In this document: positions 1-7,618 of the stretch, piece after piece
Numbering within the stretch: position 1 is the stretch's first letter
Layout of the letters: every line of letters begins with the position of its first letter
NCBI GenBank assembly: GCA_964230645.1
Contig: CAXRHT010000001.1
Coordinates: forward strand, 1 to 64,000
DNA from: Bdellovibrionales bacterium
Lineage (GTDB): Bacteria > Bdellovibrionota > Bdellovibrionia > Bdellovibrionales > JAGQZY01
Length of the DNA stretch: 64,000 nucleotides
Reading direction: 5' to 3'
Program-made: the position numbers and the translations under genes
The notes under the pieces: model-generated
What the model was told of the DNA's origin: nothing
Database searches by the model: none
The model's input: only the letters and a program-made list of their open reading frames with translations

Positions 1-28
1 TCCATTATCTCCCCCTTTAATTGGTTTA

Positions 29-475
29 TTACTTTCTTATCCTTATCTTTTCTGCATAGTGACTACGCGGCCTTTGATCGGATGATGACAAACTAGAGAG
101 AGAGGCTACAAGCTCCTGCAAATGTTCTTTTTTTCCTTTACCGACATCTTTAGCCGCAAAATAAACTTGGGCTTCTAATGTCTTTATAAGTCTTTGATAA
201 TCATCGAAAGGTATTTCTCTTAACGCTTCGATCACCTTTACTTCCTCGGAATAGACAAAGGAAGAATCATTCGACGAAAATACATTAAGGTTTACACCTA
301 AGCTCTGAGATATACGAATCAACTCACTCGCTGTGGCTTCACGCTTTCCATTTTCTATTTTTGAAATAGTAGAACGTGGAAGCTCAGCCATCTTGTCTAG
401 CTCTGCTTGAGTGATGGATTTAGCCATCCTCCAAGTCACCAATTTATAAAGGCTAAAGCGACCGGTGCAAGCCAA
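29..475 (-). CDS. XRE-family helix-turn-helix transcriptional regulator (true start uncertain, about 475 or 427; the 853 start in the ORF track overlaps the opposite gene)
   Basis: ITQAELDKMAELPRSTISKIENGKRE is a typical HTH_3 pattern. Confidence 0.8.
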   Translation of the reverse strand: MACTGRFSLYKLVTWRMAKSITQAELDKMAELPRSTISKIENGKREATASELIRISQSLGVNLNVFSSNDSSFVYSEEVKVIEALREIPFDDYQRLIKTLEAQVYFAAKDVGKGKKEHLQELVASLSSLSSSDQRPRSHYAEKIRIRK

Positions 476-506
476 GCCTTTGCTAAAAAACCAATAAGGA
501 GTGCAA

Positions 507-1094
507 ATGATTACATCAATTACCCTCAAAAGAAATGAGATACCTAAAAAACTCGCTGAACTCATCCATTCCAACCAGTTTTTAAAACTTTTTGGATTCG
601 GTTCACTTATAGTTCTGGTTCTGTCATTTATCGCAATTATTACGATGGCCAACAAAGCACCGGAGATTATTGTCTTAGATGTCAAAGGCAACCAAATCGA
701 AACCCAAGACATTCCGAGTGTTAAAAGTTTCATCGAGAAGGCAATCCGAGAGTACATCAAGTATCGGTATGATTGGACCCATGAGAACGTAAAAAAGAAA
801 CTCGAAAATGCTGAGGTATTTATCACCAAAGGAAACCGCAGTGGTTTCAACAACTCGATTCAAAAAGTCATCAACTTTAGCACTAGTAAAAAGGCCAGCC
901 AGCTTGCCTACCCTAGAAAAATCGAAATTGACTTGAAGAAGCAAATTGCAAAGGTTGAGGGAGATCGGATCACCTCAATTTTGGGTGTTAGAGCCGCAGG
1001 AAGCCTCAAATTAGAGCTTCATTTCACAGGTGGCCCTCACACCCCTCTGAACCCCTGGGGCGTTTATATCGCCAAAGAGGTTGAGCTACTTTAA
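507..1094 (+). CDS. VirB8/TrbF-like conjugative type IV secretion component
   Basis: Single N-terminal TM helix, periplasmic domain, C-terminal NPWGVYI (NPxG signature of VirB8 family); RBS AAGGAG before ATG 507. Confidence 0.7.
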   Translation: MITSITLKRNEIPKKLAELIHSNQFLKLFGFGSLIVLVLSFIAIITMANKAPEIIVLDVKGNQIETQDIPSVKSFIEKAIREYIKYRYDWTHENVKKKLENAEVFITKGNRSGFNNSIQKVINFSTSKKASQLAYPRKIEIDLKKQIAKVEGDRITSILGVRAAGSLKLELHFTGGPHTPLNPWGVYIAKEVELL

Positions 1095-1136
1095 CCCTAT
1101 CTTAACCTATTGTATTTGCTTATTTTTTAAACACTC

Positions 1137-1184
1137 TTAATCTAGGATTAATTCCTTGCTCTTAATCTCAGATTAAGTTATACT
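1137..1184 (+). promoter_or_regulatory. Sigma70-like promoter with two antitoxin operator palindromes
   Basis: TTAATC-N3-GATTAA at 1137-1151; perfect CTTAATCTCAGATTAAG at 1161-1177; TTGCTC (1156-1161) 17 bp TATACT (1179-1184). Confidence 0.7.
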
Positions 1185-1193
1185 GGAGGTAGA

Positions 1194-1583
1194 ATGACAC
1201 CAAAGTACGACCTCAAACAGATGCAATCTCTTGTTCAGGCAGGAGATTTAGATAAGATCTGGTTTTCAGCACCTAGCAGATCGGTCTATGAGGTTATCAG
1301 GGTTTTTAAAGAAACAGATACCCCCAAGAACTACGAGGAAGCCATTGATTTTATTCTTAATGGCCTACTAGCTTTAACGAAAGATCATTTTGTTAAAGTG
1401 TCCCCACAGTGGGACAATGAGTTTGCGGATGTTTATGGATTGGAATTTGAAAACTTACCTTGGTTTGTGAAGTTTATTTTAAAAGATGGAGAACTTGAAG
1501 AAATATCCTTTCACCCACCAAAGGAAGAAATGAAAACTGTGAGTGGTAAAGTTATTCCACCCGAGGAGAAGAAAGATGGCTAA
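1194..1583 (+). CDS. MqsR-like type II toxin (mRNA interferase)
   Basis: PKYDL start, L..L...HF.K, ADVY, FVKF, ISFH pattern of MqsR family; overlaps antitoxin gene. Confidence 0.7.
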   Translation: MTPKYDLKQMQSLVQAGDLDKIWFSAPSRSVYEVIRVFKETDTPKNYEEAIDFILNGLLALTKDHFVKVSPQWDNEFADVYGLEFENLPWFVKFILKDGELEEISFHPPKEEMKTVSGKVIPPEEKKDG

Positions 1584-2004
1584 AAACAGAAGATGTGGAA
1601 ATTGTGGTTCTACCAATTTAATTTCTTCTAAAGAAAATACACTTTCTTTACCTTGGAAAGACTACCCTTCTGTTTTGATTACTGAAGAAAACAGTCTTAT
1701 GACTTGCAAAGATTGTAATGAGGTTGTGTTTTCAGCATCACAAGGGAAAATGATTGATGAACTCGTAATGAAATCCATCAACTCTCAGATTAATCTTTTC
1801 ATTAAAATGATTATTCAAAGAGAAAAATGTGAGCAGAAGGAAATCGCTGAGCACATAGGGGTCAGCCCTGAGTATTTATCCGAAATCAAAAGCGGGAGAA
1901 AAACACCAAAGTTTCAAACCTTTAATTTTTTAAAGACTCTCGCTTTAGATGGGAACTCATTTAAAATTTCTTCACCAAATTTCAAAGACTGGAAAACGGG
2001 CTAA
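1576..2004 (+). CDS. MqsA-like antitoxin (zinc ribbon + HTH)
   Basis: CGNCG and CKDCNE zinc ligands, C-terminal QKEIAEHIGVSPEYLSEIKSG HTH. Confidence 0.8.
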   Translation: MAKNRRCGNCGSTNLISSKENTLSLPWKDYPSVLITEENSLMTCKDCNEVVFSASQGKMIDELVMKSINSQINLFIKMIIQREKCEQKEIAEHIGVSPEYLSEIKSGRKTPKFQTFNFLKTLALDGNSFKISSPNFKDWKTG

Positions 2005-2072
2005 ACTCTACAAAAAATGAAATTCTCCAGTTTCCTAAAAAATAAAAAAGCGTTGTACAGACACCATGTAAA

Positions 2073-2975
2073 TTACAGTGTCGCTTTAATTTTTTTGCTT
2101 ATGAAATCAGATAAAACCCTCACTCGTGCTAAATCCTCATTTCTTTGAGGAAACACTATCTGAAGGTCTGAAGATTCTGTTTTACATTGCTTGAGGATTT
2201 GAACGAGGCCGGAACTTCCTCCACTACTGTTTACAATAAATTTAGGAAGCAAAGCGATACCCATTCCTGCTTTAACTAAATTTGAAGCTGCAATATAACT
2301 GTTAACCTGAACTACCGGCGCCAAAGATATATTTTGTCTTTTGTTTCGCCAGATGAACTCCCAGGATGGCTGTTTGCCATCCCGTTGAAATACGATAGTT
2401 GGAAGAGTGGAAAGTTGCTTTGGGTTTTTTATTTCGCTTAGCTTTTCGAAAAGATCTTTGGAGCAAAACAATCCAAACTCAATTCGCCCGATCTTCTTCA
2501 TTTTCATTGTACTATCAGGTAATTTCCCGGGTCGAACAGCCATATCGACTTTGTTAGTTACCAAATCTTTTACTTCGGTCGAAAAGTCCAATTTATATGT
2601 TACGTCTGGGTAAAGCTGAGAAAACTCCTGTAATATTGGAATAACAAGAAGTTCACCAAGATCTTCCGGGCTTGTTAAAGAAATATGTCCAGCAATTGAC
2701 TTTGATTGCGATGATAGTTCACTGATAGCCGTATTTAGGCTCTGTAGACTTTCACTGGCTTTTTCGTAAAACTTTTGCCCCTCAATGGTTAAATTGAATT
2801 TTCGAGTGGTTCGGAAAATAAGCTGAACACCAAGCTCTTGTTCTAATATTGAGAGGTCCCGACTAACTTTTGACTTTTGAAGATTCAAAAGTTTGGCCGT
2901 TTTAGTGATACTTCCTAAGCGGACAATCTCAAGGAAGAGCTGAATACGGTTTAAATCAACTTGGTGCGAAAGCAT
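2073..2975 (-). CDS. LysR-family transcriptional regulator
   Basis: GSITKTAKLL..SKVSRDLS.LE.ELGVQLIFRTTR HTH, 300 aa, divergent from target operon. Confidence 0.95.
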   Translation of the reverse strand: MLSHQVDLNRIQLFLEIVRLGSITKTAKLLNLQKSKVSRDLSILEQELGVQLIFRTTRKFNLTIEGQKFYEKASESLQSLNTAISELSSQSKSIAGHISLTSPEDLGELLVIPILQEFSQLYPDVTYKLDFSTEVKDLVTNKVDMAVRPGKLPDSTMKMKKIGRIEFGLFCSKDLFEKLSEIKNPKQLSTLPTIVFQRDGKQPSWEFIWRNKRQNISLAPVVQVNSYIAASNLVKAGMGIALLPKFIVNSSGGSSGLVQILKQCKTESSDLQIVFPQRNEDLARVRVLSDFISKKIKATL

Positions 2976-2993
2976 AAATACACAATATCATAC

Positions 2994-3012
2994 TGTTCTA
3001 TTTTTTAGAACA
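2994..3012. promoter_or_regulatory. Putative LysR binding site
   Basis: TGTTCTA-N5-TAGAACA inverted repeat just upstream of lysR start. Confidence 0.6.
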
Positions 3013-3101
3013 TTAATTCCTATAATTGCTATCTAGTAAAACAATCTGTTTTCACCGATTATAAAGGCAGAAACAAAGAAACCTTGAATAAGGAGGAAAA
3101 C

Positions 3102-3719
3102 ATGAATAAAATTAAATACATACTGCTTGTCTCGTTAAGTTTTATCCTCACATCTCCTGCCTATGCTCAGCAGAGTGGGAAGTACGACATTGATCCAATG
3201 CACTCAAAGATCGGATTTGAAGTGCCTCACCTTGTGATATCCACAGTGGAAGGCAAATTCACCGAATTCAGTGGCACGATTGATCTGAATGTAGAAAAAT
3301 TCGAAAAGTCGAAAGTCAATGCGAGTATAAATGTGGACTCTATCGATACAGGCGTAAAGAAAAGGGATGACCACTTGAGAAGCAAAGACTTTTTCGAAGT
3401 GTCGAAGTACCCATCGATGAAATTCGTCAGTCAGAAAATATCTGGCAATAAGAAAAGGTTCAAAATGACTGGTGACCTGACAATTAAAGGGATCACCAAG
3501 AAAGTTACTTTTGATGGAGTGTATCTTGGAACAGTCAAGGACGGATACGGAAACCTAAAGACTGCGTTTAAAGCCGAAACTAAAGTCGATCGAAAAGCCT
3601 TTGGCTTAACGTGGAACTCTATGGTTGAAGCTGGCCCGGTCGTGGGTGACGAAGTCAAGATTAGCTTAAATATTCAAGCTGCCAAACAGCAGTCCAACAA
3701 ACAAACCGATAAGAAATAA
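3102..3719 (+). CDS. YceI-family secreted protein
   Basis: Signal peptide, IDPMHS, SIDTG..KRDDHLRSKDFF; RBS AGGAGG before ATG 3102. Confidence 0.95.
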   Translation: MNKIKYILLVSLSFILTSPAYAQQSGKYDIDPMHSKIGFEVPHLVISTVEGKFTEFSGTIDLNVEKFEKSKVNASINVDSIDTGVKKRDDHLRSKDFFEVSKYPSMKFVSQKISGNKKRFKMTGDLTIKGITKKVTFDGVYLGTVKDGYGNLKTAFKAETKVDRKAFGLTWNSMVEAGPVVGDEVKISLNIQAAKQQSNKQTDKK

Positions 3720-3729
3720 GGAGGATACC

Positions 3730-4083
3730 ATGTCAGATCTTAAGAAAAGTGTAAATGACCTAAACCAGATGATTCAACATGGACAAGCACTTGAAGCATT
3801 TGAAAAGTATTATGATGAAAAGTGCGTGATGCAAGAAAATGACTCAGAACCACGGGTAGGTAAAACTGAGAATCGAAACTTCGAAAAAGCCTTCGTGGAA
3901 AATGTAACAGAGTGGCGCAAGGCAGATGTTGTTAACGTTGGAATTGGAGATAATGTCACATTTGTTCATTGGGATTTTGATTTTACCCACCAAGATTGGG
4001 GTGAACGAAAGTATTCTCAGGTTTCAGTACAAACTTGGAAAAACGGCAAGATTGTTCACGAAAAATTCATTTATAACGCGTGA
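3730..4083 (+). CDS. SnoaL-like (NTF2 fold) protein
   Basis: EKYY....MQEN..EPRVGK, WKNGKIVHEKF. Confidence 0.85.
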   Translation: MSDLKKSVNDLNQMIQHGQALEAFEKYYDEKCVMQENDSEPRVGKTENRNFEKAFVENVTEWRKADVVNVGIGDNVTFVHWDFDFTHQDWGERKYSQVSVQTWKNGKIVHEKFIYNA

Positions 4084-4958
4084 TGACTCGTCGAAGTTTT
4101 GGTAAATTGTTGATTGGAACAGCCGGGCTAGCTTTAGCCTGGCGAGGAGGTGAAAAAATGTCTAACTTTGATTTTAACGAAAAAACAGATTTAATGCCCA
4201 GTCTTTTTATTGGACATGGTTCACCTATGAATGCTCTGGAGATCAACGAATTCACAAAATCTTTAAAAATATTAGGAGAAAAAATTAAACCGAAAGCTGT
4301 TTTGGCCATATCTGCACATTGGCTTGATTTGAACACAACATTTCAAAATGCGGCTGACCAAAAAACAATCCACGATTTCTACGGATTTCCAAAAGAGCTT
4401 TATGATTTAAAATACCCAGCACATGGCTGGGCTGAAGACCTCACAAAGTATATTGAGGATCTGGGCATCCCAGGTGCTCAGTTCACAGAAAAAAGGGGAT
4501 TAGACCATGGCACATGGATGGTACTAACTCATATGTACCCCAATGCCGATATCCCCGTCATTCAGCTTAGTATGCAACAGGGATTACCTCTCCATAAGTA
4601 TTTCGTGATAGGGCAAAAACTCTCCGAACTCCGTAAACGTGGAATATTGATTCTCGGAAGTGGAAATATAGTTCACAACCTTCATAAAATTAACTGGGAC
4701 ATGCAGGCTTCTCCCTTTGAATGGGCAATTGAATTCGATAAAAAAGTTGAAGCTTGTATCAATAGTCATAGCTTTGAAAAGCTCTTATCTATCGACACTG
4801 ATGAGAAGGATCTGTTTCATCTCGCTCACCCTACTATAGAACACTATATACCTTTGGCATATGTTTTAGGGACAGCTAGACGCAATGATAGATCTTCATA
4901 CCCGTGCAGCTTTATTCAAAATGGATCAATTTCTATGAGGTCAGTGCTATTTACTTAA
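4083..4958 (+). CDS. ygiD: DODA-type extradiol dioxygenase (YgiD/LigB family); second possible start at 4158
   Basis: FIGHGSPMNA, ISAHW, TIHDFYGFP, GLDHG, GSGNIVHNL, HPTIEHYIPL. Confidence 0.9.
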   Translation: MTRRSFGKLLIGTAGLALAWRGGEKMSNFDFNEKTDLMPSLFIGHGSPMNALEINEFTKSLKILGEKIKPKAVLAISAHWLDLNTTFQNAADQKTIHDFYGFPKELYDLKYPAHGWAEDLTKYIEDLGIPGAQFTEKRGLDHGTWMVLTHMYPNADIPVIQLSMQQGLPLHKYFVIGQKLSELRKRGILILGSGNIVHNLHKINWDMQASPFEWAIEFDKKVEACINSHSFEKLLSIDTDEKDLFHLAHPTIEHYIPLAYVLGTARRNDRSSYPCSFIQNGSISMRSVLFT

Positions 4959-4972
4959 AATAGGAATCTTGG

Positions 4973-5512
4973 GTGAGCGAATTTTTCACATATGTGGATT
5001 TTATTGGCACAGTCGTATTCGCAATCACGGGCGCATCAATTGCCTGTCGTCTTAAATTTGATTTTTTTGGAATGCTATTTCTCGCATTTCTGACTTCCGT
5101 TGGCGGTGGAACTGTACGAGATTTAATAATAGCTCAACCAGTTTTTTGGACAGAAAAGCCTATATATTTATATTTAATTTTTCTATCAACAGTTTCGACT
5201 TTTTTCATGTATAAACATTTTGAGCGTAAAGCACCCTTATTGCTTTTTCTAGACACTATTGGGGTTGGAACTTTTGTAGTTATTGGTACCTATAAAACAT
5301 TAAATTTAGGTTTCAATATTGAAACAGCTTTGATCATGGGAACTATCTCGGCTGTTTTGGGAGGAATATTGAGGTCTGCGTTTAGCCATGAGCATTCAAT
5401 TCTTGCCAATAAAGAGCTTTACGCTACGGTAGCGGCAATGGGGTCTCTGATATTTATCACGCTCCACAAGCAACTTTTATCACCAATTTGTTGGCCCGTG
5501 GCGAGGCTCTAG
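4973..5512 (+). pseudogene. TRIC/UPF0126 (YadS-like) membrane protein, 3'-truncated at about 5469
   Basis: FAITGA, GGGTVRD, LGGILR, ELYA motifs; last TM helices missing and tail reads into integrase sequence. Confidence 0.75.
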
Positions 5513-5664
5513 CAACCGTTATGTCCATAGTAGGTCATTATCAACTAAAGACCACTAACGGCTATTTAAGAAAGGCTGGAGTGGACGTTATGGGTGGCAC
5601 AGACAAGCTGGGATACGCTCCACCAGAGATCAATGAGGCACAAGTTTTACAACTGAAAAGATAG
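5470..5664 (+). pseudogene. C-terminal fragment of tyrosine recombinase/integrase
   Basis: Manual translation ATFITNLLARGEALATVMSIVGHYQLKTTNGYLRKAGVDVMGGTDKLGY...LKR-stop matches the box II tail (GH...TT..Y); upstream H-x-L-R absent. Confidence 0.8.
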
Positions 5665-6002
5665 GACTGACTCCTATCTTCCAGTATCTTCAAAACCACT
5701 CTATTTTCTAGTTATTTTAGATAGTTGCGGGAGTTTTTTCCCCGCAACCAATTTTCCTTATTTTTACTTCGCACTTCGGTCATGTGATAACGGATGTATT
5801 GATCGTTTTTAAAAAATGGTGGCCGTATTACATTATATAGAGGCTAATTCACCCATATCATCAATCACTGAGGATCGTTTAATTTCTGATAATTTTGGAG
5901 GAATCTCGTAAAGATTCGCGATTATCCAAATTCATTAGATGAACAATGTCGCGATCCTTTTTGCCTTTAAATTCTCGCTACCCTCATTCTTCAAGGGCCA
6001 TC

Positions 6003-6185
6003 CTATCTATCGATATTTAACGAATCATCTTTCGATACTTTTTCGTCCACATCGTAATTTTTATTTTCGTCATACCAGGTCGTTGGATTATTCGACTTAT
6101 CAAGATTGATGAAAAACTTCTTAAGACCGATAGCTAGAACCACGGTAGAAAAGACTAATACAATTGATGTCATCATTTCAGACAT
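6003..6185 (-). CDS. Small hypothetical membrane protein
   Basis: 60 aa, one TM segment, GGAGG upstream. Confidence 0.45.
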   Translation of the reverse strand: MSEMMTSIVLVFSTVVLAIGLKKFFINLDKSNNPTTWYDENKNYDVDEKVSKDDSLNIDR

Positions 6186-6656
6186 GAAAACCTCCCATAT
6201 TTTTCTAAAGATTTAAATATTGTAGGAAAGGAAGAAGTCTCACCGTCGAGGGGGGATATAGAAAAGGAATTCAATTGCATTGATTGAAGAACTACAAAAT
6301 GGTGGTGCACACCTAGGGCCGTGTTGAAAAAACTTGTGCCAAGAAAAAATCGCAAGAAAAAATTGAGTCCCTTTAAGAGGGCCTCGCGAACTTTGGGTAT
6401 CAGTATTTTTCCAATGGATGGGAATTGCTGTTGCTAAAAGCTTGAGCTGTGAGTCACTGACCTCGAAAAAACTGATGTCTTTTGGAAAACCAAAAGCAAA
6501 AGTCAAAGTTAGAAAAAAACTAAGGACCAAATCTTTCACAGTCCCATATTACCACACTTTTGTTATTGGCAACCAAATATTGTGGTCTCGCTCAGACATC
6601 GCCTTTCTACTAACTCCCAGCTAGACCCCTACCAAAAATTGAGCTTTAATAAGTAC

Positions 6657-7058
6657 ATGATCCTACGAGTTATCACGACATTTATCATTATTTTGACTCT
6701 TAGCTCCTGCACGAGCTTGAAGAAAATGGTTATGATTATGGGGAAAAACCCCTTGAAAGACGATCCCACAAGTGTTGCCATTGGCTCCCGCCTATTTTTA
6801 AAGAACTGTGTTCAGTGCCACGGCAAGGATGGTCGGGGCGGAGGAGAACTTGCTAAGTCTTTACCAACCTCTCCGGCCAATTTACCCCAATTGGCACAAG
6901 GGAAATCGGCTAAAACATTTGCAGCCAATATCTACTACGGTAAAAACGCCATGCCAGCCTACAAAAATCAATTTTCCGAGGAGCAAATTTGGCACCTTGC
7001 CAATTTTGTTAAATCCATGGGAGAGCGAGCGAATCCGCTCCGATCCCAAAAGCCTTAA
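6657..7058 (+). CDS. Monoheme cytochrome c lipoprotein
   Basis: Lipobox LSSC, CVQCH, distal AMP methionine. Confidence 0.85.
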   Translation: MILRVITTFIIILTLSSCTSLKKMVMIMGKNPLKDDPTSVAIGSRLFLKNCVQCHGKDGRGGGELAKSLPTSPANLPQLAQGKSAKTFAANIYYGKNAMPAYKNQFSEEQIWHLANFVKSMGERANPLRSQKP

Positions 7059-7131
7059 CACATCGCTCAAGAGGGGGTCCTTCTACCCCAACTCTTGACG
7101 GAGTAATTCTAAGGAAGGATACTCTCTAGTC

Positions 7132-7551
7132 ATGAGAACTCTAATGGGTTTTATTATCGCCATTTCACTACCTCTATCTGCCAAAGCAGAACCCATTGAA
7201 TTGAAAAATCTTATAACGGAATTGCATTTACAGGCTCACTCAGACCATCACCATCACTCTGAGGCTTCCTCCCATCACCACCATCATAGGGAAAGTGCGA
7301 GGTCTCTCTCTTCTAAAGATGCGAGAGGTTCCATTACGCTCACTCATAATCATCATCACAAAGGTTCTCACGAAAACAATAAACCTCATGAGCACAGTTT
7401 CTCAATGAGTACTCCTATGGTTCTTTATTTTACTCCCGTATTCACATTCAATACGGGCCAGGAAATTCATTCCTCAGAAAAAGTAAAATTTGTCGCTTAT
7501 CTTATTGAAGAACCCGACAAAAATGCCCTCTTTCGACCTCCAATTTTATAG
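7132..7551 (+). CDS. His-rich exported peptide ending LFRPPIL (putative metal-sensing leader ORF)
   Basis: Signal peptide, HHHH tracts, C-terminal RPP, directly upstream of efflux operon. Confidence 0.7.
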   Translation: MRTLMGFIIAISLPLSAKAEPIELKNLITELHLQAHSDHHHHSEASSHHHHHRESARSLSSKDARGSITLTHNHHHKGSHENNKPHEHSFSMSTPMVLYFTPVFTFNTGQEIHSSEKVKFVAYLIEEPDKNALFRPPIL

Positions 7552-7618
7552 TTAAGCCCTTTCTTTTTTGTAATTCTTAAAAATTAACATCTTAACCTAG
7601 TCGTTTGTGAGGGTAGGT

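Larger units (their letters stand above)
1..5750. mobile_element. Right end of a degenerate integrative conjugative element or genomic island
   Basis: VirB8-like gene, TA pair, XRE, integrase remnant, tRNA-like TCCCCGCAACCA at 5739-5750. Confidence 0.65.

Noticed and set aside
476..853. N-terminal extension of the XRE ORF
   Set aside because: Antisense to the VirB8-like gene; HTH homology begins near 440
5816..5827. TGGTGGCCG as reverse tRNA 3' end
   Set aside because: Too short and no T-arm sequence follows
6173..6624. Overlapping short ORFs 6173-6355, 6240-6539 and 6418-6624, possibly a frameshifted gene
   Set aside because: No recognisable motif; cannot decide which, if any, is real
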